Origin: Candidatus Saccharimonadota bacterium
GTDB taxonomy: Bacteria > Patescibacteriota > Saccharimonadia > Saccharimonadales > SZUA-47
Assembly (NCBI GenBank): GCA_016700315.1
Contig: CP065013.1
Coordinates: forward strand, 449,449 to 513,448
Direction of reading: 5' to 3'
Length of the DNA: 64,000 nucleotides
The notes under the pieces were generated by a model. That model did no database searches. It was not told the origin of the DNA and saw only the letters and a list, made by a program, of their open reading frames with translations. The translations under genes and the position numbers were made by a program. Shown piece after piece: positions 28,101-34,473 of the stretch (position 1 is its first letter; each line of letters starts with the position of its first letter).

Positions 28101-28141
28101 AAAATGAGCCAGATTAATCTGACTCACTTTCTTTTGGCTCA
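28101..28141. repeat. right-hand copy of the ~40-nt island direct repeat
   Basis: See 17545-17584; contains the 12-nt palindrome CAGATTAATCTG. Confidence 0.6.
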
Positions 28142-28170
28142 GCATACAGGTCACGCACTTTTTTCTTCAC

Positions 28171-28455
28171 CTAAATTTCAAGCTCAACTGTAACGTTAAT
28201 GCTTTGATCTACGTCAATGTTCTCTGTTTTTCTGATCTTCGCTGGCAAGGCAATAAATAAAGGGCCATCCTTGATGGGCATTATTGAGCTATTCCATGTT
28301 GTATTATTGATCGTAAAACGCGCTTTAAGTAATGCAGGCCATAAGTCTTTGAGCATAGGTCGTAGGTCCTTGCTAATAATCTCATCTAGCTCGAGATAAT
28401 ACCAGCCATATTGTCCTGAAAAGCGCTGAACTGTGTTACGTACAGTAAACTTCAT
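28171..28455 (-). CDS. DUF1905-like small protein
   Basis: GWYYLELDEIISKDL...PIKDGPLFIALPAKIRK pattern. Confidence 0.5.
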   Translation of the reverse strand: MKFTVRNTVQRFSGQYGWYYLELDEIISKDLRPMLKDLWPALLKARFTINNTTWNSSIMPIKDGPLFIALPAKIRKTENIDVDQSINVTVELEI

Positions 28456-28523
28456 TCAGCCAAATTATACCAAAAATCCAGTAGCGTGAATGCTTACTAG
28501 ATTCTTTGAAAAATATATACTCT

Positions 28524-28551
28524 TGGCTCCGGGGACTGGATTCGAACCAAG
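28524..28551 (-). other. orphan tRNA 3'-end fragment (T-arm + acceptor + CCA) from a different tRNA
   Basis: Minus strand reads CTTGGTTCGAATCCAGTCCCCGGAGCCA; no matching 5' acceptor strand (TCCGGGG) nearby. Confidence 0.55.
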
Positions 28552-28624
28552 TATTTCTACCACCTAAATTTTAGGCTCGCTTTACTTTAGCTTAGCTTTC
28601 GAATTTTCTATAATCAATTAATTA

Positions 28625-29449
28625 TCAAGATAGTTCTGTTCTGTAAAGATGCACAGCCTGTATATGAGAGCACTCCATCGGTTCGTCATAGGGTTCTTTG
28701 CCGTTTGATAACGGACAATCGCAGCTCAAGCCATTCATGGGCCTACAACGGACTAGATGTTCGTTAGTGTTACCCTTAACGGTATATGTGTCTGCCTCAA
28801 CTACACTAATATTACCTTCCAGAAAATACCTGATTGCATTAGTAAATAATTTGTTAAACGATATGAATGAATTTTTGTTTAAGTAGTTGTTGGCGTATTC
28901 TACGACAGCCTTCTGAATTGCTGTAGACAGTTCACTGAATAGATCATTATTATGCAGAGCAATGCTCAATGATTTTTTAATTTGGTTTCTATTCGCTACG
29001 GTTAGTTGAAATAGCACGATGTCATCCCTACCTAAGATATTCTTCGTGAACTCATCACTATAAACGCTCGTAATGGTTGCTAAGAAATCATTCGGAGCGT
29101 CTAGGTAGGTTTCAACGAGTGATCTAAACTCGTTAGAGTAAAGTTGCATTTGGCCTACCTCGTCAAGATACAAAAGCTCGCCAGTCTTTGGATGCGATAA
29201 GCTTCGAGTAAATTGTGCCAAGACTTCTGGGTGAACATAAAAACGCCCGACTTGCAGGCTTGTATGGTTCTGTGTTTGAGCCAAAACTGCACGTAGACCG
29301 TTCATATCCTCTACAACAAACCCTATTCTGTGATGGTCTTTGACAAATTCTTTTGTTATAAAACCACGCCGAGGAGAAACGCCGGCAACTAGCTCGCTTA
29401 ATATGGTGCTCTTTCCGCTTTTTGGTTTGCCGGTAATCAAGAGTTTCAT
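28625..29449 (-). CDS. THEP1-like P-loop NTPase fused to a C-terminal SWIM zinc finger
   Basis: MKLLITGKPKSGKST Walker A, LYLDEVGQMQL Walker B; CDCPLSNG...CSHIQAVHLY (CxC...CxH). Confidence 0.65.
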   Translation of the reverse strand: MKLLITGKPKSGKSTILSELVAGVSPRRGFITKEFVKDHHRIGFVVEDMNGLRAVLAQTQNHTSLQVGRFYVHPEVLAQFTRSLSHPKTGELLYLDEVGQMQLYSNEFRSLVETYLDAPNDFLATITSVYSDEFTKNILGRDDIVLFQLTVANRNQIKKSLSIALHNNDLFSELSTAIQKAVVEYANNYLNKNSFISFNKLFTNAIRYFLEGNISVVEADTYTVKGNTNEHLVRCRPMNGLSCDCPLSNGKEPYDEPMECSHIQAVHLYRTELS

Positions 29450-29500
29450 CTACTCATGGTATCATGCAAATCATCTGTTAGAACGTGATAAAATACCTAA

Positions 29501-30133
29501 ATGATTAATATAACTGCAACAACTGCAAACGAAGCTTGGATCAGCACATTTAAAACTCTTCTTGAAGAAGGAGATGCTACAGGTAATGAAAAGTACCTGC
29601 GTGATGAAACTACGCTCATAGAAATTACTGACCCCGAGGTCATAGGGGCGGACGCACGATTTCCAATGGCCCAAGCTGACCTAGATGTAATCAATAGATA
29701 CATCTATACCGGCGAGAACGAAGACAGTGTCGTTCACGATTGGACAAAACTTTACTACCATCGTGCCTTTGACGAGCCAAATTCACAAATAGAGTTCTTG
29801 ATTGCAAATCTAAATGCAGAACGCCCAGTCGGTGAAGCGCAGATATCAATGTGGGATAAAAACATTGATCAAGGTCAAAAAGTTTCGCCCTGCACCCAAA
29901 TAATCTGGGCGCGCATTAAGCATGGAAAGCTGGAGTTGCACGTTCACGCTAACTCCTCAGATGCATATAAAAAGTTGTTGATGAATATGCTTGAATTTAT
30001 CTCTTTACAACATTACATAGCTGAACGAATAGACAGACCGGTTGGTAACTATTATCATTTCTTAGACTCGTGCCACTTACACCTGAAAGATTCTGAGAAA
30101 ATTGAATTGCTCCAGACACAATTACAAGGTTAA
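29501..30133 (+). CDS. short thymidylate-synthase (ThyA)/pyrimidine-nucleotide hydroxymethylase-like protein
   Basis: 210 aa; aligns by eye to the ThyA core: ISMWD...VSPCTQIIWARIKHGKLELHVHANSSDAY...DSCHLHL versus E. coli SAWN...[29 protein letters not shown]...GDTHLY (catalytic Cys conserved). Confidence 0.65.
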   Translation: MINITATTANEAWISTFKTLLEEGDATGNEKYLRDETTLIEITDPEVIGADARFPMAQADLDVINRYIYTGENEDSVVHDWTKLYYHRAFDEPNSQIEFLIANLNAERPVGEAQISMWDKNIDQGQKVSPCTQIIWARIKHGKLELHVHANSSDAYKKLLMNMLEFISLQHYIAERIDRPVGNYYHFLDSCHLHLKDSEKIELLQTQLQG

Positions 30134-30172
30134 AACTTTGCATTACGCGCTCCAATATGTTATAAATTAGTC

Positions 30173-31384
30173 ATGAGTAGCGAGGTTTTCCTTCCCGGGA
30201 TTGCTGAATTTGATGAACATCCAATTCCTGGCGCTCCCGCAATTAACGATACCTATCGTGAATCTTTAAGCCGCCTCGTGTTATTACAAGATCGAGAAGT
30301 GACCCACTTCTATGGTTGTCAGCTGGACTTAGACGAAGATAAAGATGTGTGGATGAGTCCTGTTGAGGTGGATGACGGAGAAAGCTTTTCCTACTTCCAG
30401 ATACTTTACGTAAATACTACGCCTCAAGAAGCTTTCAATAACCCTAAGCTACCGGTTTCATTGCTTGAGGTTGACGAAGCAAGCTACAAATTAACGCCAG
30501 CTGAGCACCCTGGGTATGAGCAGCTGATGAGCCAGTTCATCGGCGACAGAAAACATGTTCTAATCCGCCAATGCAACACAGGCATGGCCTATTACCCTAG
30601 AAGTATTACCCCTACACGGGATCGTACTAAATCTTCGGAGCACTTAGAGAAAATTATTGCGGTCACGGGATTCCACGAGCCAGAAGTTAGCATTACACTT
30701 TGCAAGCCGTCAGAAAAAGAAGATGTCTCTATTAAAACCAGTATGCTGCAAACAGTTCACGCCCGCAAATATCCTTTTGCGAGCGGCGAAGTGCATTCGT
30801 ACGGCCTAATTCTTGATAATGACCCGTGGAAATATTACGAAATTTTTACCCCTCGACGTATCGAGAAAATGTCAGGCAAAGACCTTCTCGTAAGAATTGA
30901 TTCAGGCTGTGATATCGGCCAAATTTACGATGATAGAGGATGTGACTGTCGTGAGCAGTTGCATACTGCACTTACGGATATCAAAGAGCTAGGCAATGGC
31001 GCTGTAATTCATATACCTTCTCAAGATGGAAGAGGCTTCGGCGCGGCAACTAAAATGGAGACAGAGGGTTTAAAGCGCGGTATTAAAGTTGCCACCAACC
31101 ACAATAATCTTCAAGCAGTTGACACTATCACTGCCGCCCAATTAATTTTGGGCGCAGAGTTTGATATTCGCAGCTATGAAGGCGCAGGAAAACTTTTGGG
31201 CATGATAGGCGTCGAGTCAATCATTCTACAAACAGACAACCGTTTGAAAGCCGAGGGCTTAGCGGCTGGTGGAATAAATGTTACACGTCGGCCAACAAAC
31301 ACCACTGGCGCACGTGGAGCGCTACATCACGTTGAAGCCAAGCACCGACACGGGGACATCTATTACGGCAAGGATGAGGAATAA
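30173..31384 (+). CDS. GTP cyclohydrolase II-like domain protein with unknown ~190-aa N-terminal domain
   Basis: LLVRIDSGCDIGQIYDDRGCDCREQL...SQDGRGFG matches the RibA zinc site (C...CxC) and core; N-terminal half unrecognised, no RibB motifs. Confidence 0.65.
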   Translation: MSSEVFLPGIAEFDEHPIPGAPAINDTYRESLSRLVLLQDREVTHFYGCQLDLDEDKDVWMSPVEVDDGESFSYFQILYVNTTPQEAFNNPKLPVSLLEVDEASYKLTPAEHPGYEQLMSQFIGDRKHVLIRQCNTGMAYYPRSITPTRDRTKSSEHLEKIIAVTGFHEPEVSITLCKPSEKEDVSIKTSMLQTVHARKYPFASGEVHSYGLILDNDPWKYYEIFTPRRIEKMSGKDLLVRIDSGCDIGQIYDDRGCDCREQLHTALTDIKELGNGAVIHIPSQDGRGFGAATKMETEGLKRGIKVATNHNNLQAVDTITAAQLILGAEFDIRSYEGAGKLLGMIGVESIILQTDNRLKAEGLAAGGINVTRRPTNTTGARGALHHVEAKHRHGDIYYGKDEE

Positions 31385-31386
31385 GC

Positions 31387-32277
31387 ATGGAAAGATTAGG
31401 TCCAGGGAGTTTGTATTATGCACCTGCAGCTAGTGGCATAGAAAAGATTCGAAATCGGTGGCTAGAAATTGATTCCATGGCTGGCGTTGGCATTGACCCT
31501 GACGTCAATAAAATTCCTAGCGAGATCTGGGATGAAGTTGGCGGTAGAAGTAACTTAGCAGACGGCATGCTTCTTTTTAATCAGCAGGTCATAGATGCCA
31601 CAGCAGAATATGCAGTGGATTTTAAAGTAAACTCAAATTTCTTCCAGGGTGAATTAGGGCGACGCGCGCTAGCCGGTACTTTCGATTACATAAAAGCAAA
31701 TCATCCCAAAGTTCTTCGGGTGTGTGATGGTAAGTTTGCGGATGTAGGCCACACAGCTGACAAAATTGCTGAAGAGATATTCGGTGAGCTAGATGCTGAC
31801 GCAGTGCTATTGAACCCGTATATGGGCTTAGACGCTATCGAGCCATTCGTGAAATGGAAGAATAAGCTTGTCGTGCTTTGCATAAATACATCAAACCCGT
31901 CAGCTCAAGAAGTCCAAGGACTGACGCTCGCTGACGGTAATCCATTGTGGAGACATATTCTACGAGAAAGCATGGACTCTTGGAACTATAATGGGAACAT
32001 TCTCCCAGTACTCAGCGCTACTCATAAAGACAATCTTTTGGGAGTACGAGAAGTTGTCGGTGACACACCTATTCTGTTAGCAGGTATTGGTACGCAAGGT
32101 GGCAGCCTTGAAGAAAGCGTGCCAATATGTCTCGATACTAATGGCTATGGTCTTATGATAAGCGCATCACGTGCGATACTGTACCCGGAACGATGCGCTG
32201 GCGAGACATTGCAAGACGCATCTCGTCGCTCAATTCAAGACTTGCGTATGAGTATCAATGTAGCCAGGGCAGCCTAA
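31387..32277 (+). CDS. orotidine-5'-phosphate decarboxylase family (type 2-like) protein
   Basis: DPDVNKIP, FKVNSNFF, CDGKFADVGHTA (DxKxxDIxxT-like), LAGIGTQGG phosphate loop. Confidence 0.65.
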   Translation: MERLGPGSLYYAPAASGIEKIRNRWLEIDSMAGVGIDPDVNKIPSEIWDEVGGRSNLADGMLLFNQQVIDATAEYAVDFKVNSNFFQGELGRRALAGTFDYIKANHPKVLRVCDGKFADVGHTADKIAEEIFGELDADAVLLNPYMGLDAIEPFVKWKNKLVVLCINTSNPSAQEVQGLTLADGNPLWRHILRESMDSWNYNGNILPVLSATHKDNLLGVREVVGDTPILLAGIGTQGGSLEESVPICLDTNGYGLMISASRAILYPERCAGETLQDASRRSIQDLRMSINVARAA

Positions 32278-32918
32278 TGAATGAATTCGTATTTTCAGCT
32301 AGCCACCGGCAAGCGGAGATCAATAAGACGTTGCGACGTAATCTTACGAAGAGCCGGCTATTTGTATTGCTGCTCGGGCCATCAGCAACGGGTAAGTCTA
32401 CGTTGATCCAAGAGCTAAACGCCCAGTCCACTGACACTACATTCGAATATGTAAAGCCAATTATCACAAGACCGAACCGGCCTAACGAGTCCGATAAAAT
32501 AAGCGTCTCTGATACCGAGTTCGATACTTTGCAGAGGCAGGGCGAGTTTGTAGTTGTGAACGCCCTTTACGGAGTCCGTTATGGCACACCTTTACAGGGA
32601 ATCACTTCACCGCTAAGCAGAAACAATACGCCTATACTTGATTACCCGCTGGATACGGTACACGCTCTCCAACGTCCTGAGTACGACACACTTAAACTGT
32701 ATATATATCCACCTTCATTGGAAACATGGCGTAGACGAATTGAATCAAGCGGCCGGAATTTGAATGGGAGACTTGAGGCTGGCACTAGAGAACTCGGATC
32801 ATTGGCGATGGCAGGCTTCAATCATCCCGATATTGACATAAGCATAGTTAACGCCGAAGGTGCTGTGGTCGAAGCTGCACATGATATTCTCGACGTTATA
32901 CAACAGGTTGTCGTGTGA
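32277..32918 (+). CDS. guanylate kinase-like nucleoside-monophosphate kinase
   Basis: GPSATGKSTLI P-loop, ITRPNRPNE, ALYGVRYGTP; start ATG overlaps the upstream stop (TAATG). Confidence 0.65.
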   Translation: MNEFVFSASHRQAEINKTLRRNLTKSRLFVLLLGPSATGKSTLIQELNAQSTDTTFEYVKPIITRPNRPNESDKISVSDTEFDTLQRQGEFVVVNALYGVRYGTPLQGITSPLSRNNTPILDYPLDTVHALQRPEYDTLKLYIYPPSLETWRRRIESSGRNLNGRLEAGTRELGSLAMAGFNHPDIDISIVNAEGAVVEAAHDILDVIQQVVV

Positions 32919-32921
32919 TAA

Positions 32922-33302
32922 CTACTGCTCTTGAGATCTAGCTTCAGCTTGCTCGGGGCTACGGTAGGTATGTATAGAACCGGGGATGATTCTGTAAGCT
33001 GCACGATTCTCGGGTTCATATACCATTGGCTTGGCTAGGACATTGGCGCACGCAGTACATGCAAGAGAGCCAGCTTCCTTCACAGTCGCAGAAGTCAGTT
33101 CTGCTCGCTCTTCAACAAGCTCTGGTGGCCAAACGATTCGATCAGCATAACAGCGCAGCAAGCGGCCTGGCCCATCTTTTTGATAGACCATGGCTGGCTC
33201 CTCACAGTTACCGCATGCGATATACAGAAATTTTGACGGACCCCCACGAGATTTCGCGTATCGGTCTTTCTTAGGTTTAAACTTGTCTTGAGGGAATTCC
33301 AT
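32922..33302 (-). CDS. hypothetical CxxC...CxxC zinc-ribbon protein
   Basis: ACGNCEEP ... CTACANV Cys pairs; no family recognised. Confidence 0.45.
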   Translation of the reverse strand: MEFPQDKFKPKKDRYAKSRGGPSKFLYIACGNCEEPAMVYQKDGPGRLLRCYADRIVWPPELVEERAELTSATVKEAGSLACTACANVLAKPMVYEPENRAAYRIIPGSIHTYRSPEQAEARSQEQ

Positions 33303-33388
33303 ATAGTTTTATTATACAATAAAATACTAATTAATCATAATGTCGGTCAAGGAAACAGGTTAGCTTTTGGGGTGCTTGCTCCTTCAGG

Positions 33389-33412
33389 ACGGGAGAGGCT
33401 GGGTTCGAACTG
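33389..33412 (-). other. degenerate additional copy of the tRNA 3' end
   Basis: ACGGGAGAGGCTGGGTTCGAACTG versus TCGGGAGGCCAGATTCGAACTG of the intact tRNA. Confidence 0.4.
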
Positions 33413-33557
33413 AACTACAGGGATGAAATGAAAGAACCATCCTTTCGGACGGTTCTAACGTTTGTAACTTACGAACTGTAAATTAGTATTTCTCTGACCA
33501 AAGAGAGAAGTTAGGCACAGGTCTAGGAACTAGGTCTACGTTCTTCTCTGCTTGGTC

Positions 33558-33861
33558 TGGCTCGGGAGGCCAGATTCGAACTGGCGACCAATTGGTTACA
33601 CTTATTCATTATTTTCATAATGGCGTGGACTATATCATCATCCTTACGGATGTAGGGCGCTATTTGGACGATTATTGTTAGGCTCACATCCTAGTCTCTG
33701 AACCTTCCGAACTCTTTTAGCCTAAGTTCGGCTTGGCTGCTGATTACCATATAGCTTTGATGCTATTTTAGGCTTCCAGCAATTCACCCTATTTTCACTA
33801 CTTGGTTTCCCAAGTAGGCTGCCTCTGACAGCCAACTGCGCTACCGCTGCGCTACTCCCGA
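33558..33861 (-). tRNA. intron-containing tRNA, anticodon GTT (Asn) after splicing; exons 33861..33828 and 33598..33558
   Basis: Joined exons give a canonical cloverleaf. Acceptor is TCGGGAG/CTCCCGA, D arm GCGC-AGCGGTA-GCGC, anticodon stem GTTGG/CCAAT with loop CTGT|TAA. T arm is GCCAG-TTCGAAT-CTGGC, followed by discriminator G and an encoded CCA. Confidence 0.8.
33599..33827 (-). ncRNA. group I intron (IC3-like, 229 nt) in the anticodon loop
   Basis: 5' exon ends in U, pairing as U.G in P1 (exon GGCUGU with intron GCAGCC). P2 hairpin CUACUUGG-GAAA-CCAAGUAG. The core GCCAAGCCGAAC...GUUCGGAAGGUUCAGAGACUAGGAUG resembles the Azoarcus/cyanobacterial tRNA intron core as I recall it. The intron ends in G. 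Confidence 0.7.
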
Positions 33862-34100
33862 ATATGTGTTTTAATGAACTCTCTTCCTCTGTAAGATTTA
33901 AGCTGCTTTTCGCGCTTTAATGCTTCAGAGCGAGTGGCAACTGATTCTTTAAAAATCAATTCCCATTTGCCCTCAAACCTAGATGTAAAACCAGCAAAAG
34001 TGTGAAGATTATGCTCTTTGATACGCTTATCTATATCGCTGGTTTGACCAATATAAACTTTGTCTAATAATCGATTGTAAATCGCATATACAACATACAC
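33852..34100 (-). CDS. small GIY-YIG nuclease family protein
   Basis: VYAIY...VYIGQT...KRIKEHN...EALKREKQLK; GTG start; last 10 nt overlap the tRNA 5' acceptor stem. Confidence 0.8.
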   Translation of the reverse strand: MYVVYAIYNRLLDKVYIGQTSDIDKRIKEHNLHTFAGFTSRFEGKWELIFKESVATRSEALKREKQLKSYRGREFIKTHIRE

Positions 34101-34109
34101 ATTGCAATG

Positions 34110-34157
34110 ATATTACAACGGCGCTACCTCCGCCAGCTGGCGGAGCGCTACTCCCGA
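34110..34157 (-). repeat. pseudo-copy of the tRNA 5' end (acceptor + D arm) with an 18-nt perfect palindrome CTCCGCCAGCTGGCGGAG replacing the D loop
   Basis: Minus strand reads TCGGGAGTAGCGC[TCCGCCAGCTGGCGGAG]GTAGCGCC versus tRNA TCGGGAGTAGCGCAGCGGTAGCGCA; flanked by 9-nt direct repeats ATTGCAATG (34101-34109, 34162-34170). Confidence 0.65.
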
Positions 34158-34473
34158 TTAAATTGCAATGTGCGATTCGGCCGTCAGTTAGCGGATCTCC
34201 GAATACAGATGTAAATTATAGCTGCTACATCTTGTGACGTCAAATGTCGGCGGGCTAGACGCTATGCTACCGAGATAGCCACAGCCAAAGGCAAACAAAC
34301 ACTTTACGGGCTGTGGATAACTGCTTTATTTACAGCAAACATTAGCGGTATACTGTATTTTAGTACATTATCTCGCGGGGGCGTTTATCAAAATACAGAC
34401 AAAAACTACTGTAATAACAGTAATAATCGGCTTCCTGCTCGCGGCGGGTTATTTTGTCCTGCGCCCAAACCGG

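Larger units (their letters stand above)
17545..28141. mobile_element. putative integrated genomic (defense) island bracketed by ~40-nt direct repeats
   Basis: 17545-17584 and 28101-28141 share AAAATG(A)GCCAGAT..CTGACTCACTTTCTTTTGGCTCA (last 24 nt identical). The interior looks AT-richer by eye and carries restriction/nuclease genes, a recombinase remnant and a tRNA fragment. Confidence 0.5.

Noticed and set aside
28524-28620. A possible complete (or intron-containing) second tRNA
   Set aside because: Only the T-arm, acceptor 3' strand and CCA are present. No complementary 5' acceptor strand (TCCGGGG), D arm or anticodon arm could be found nearby, and the first T-stem pair is mismatched. It is treated as a fragment.
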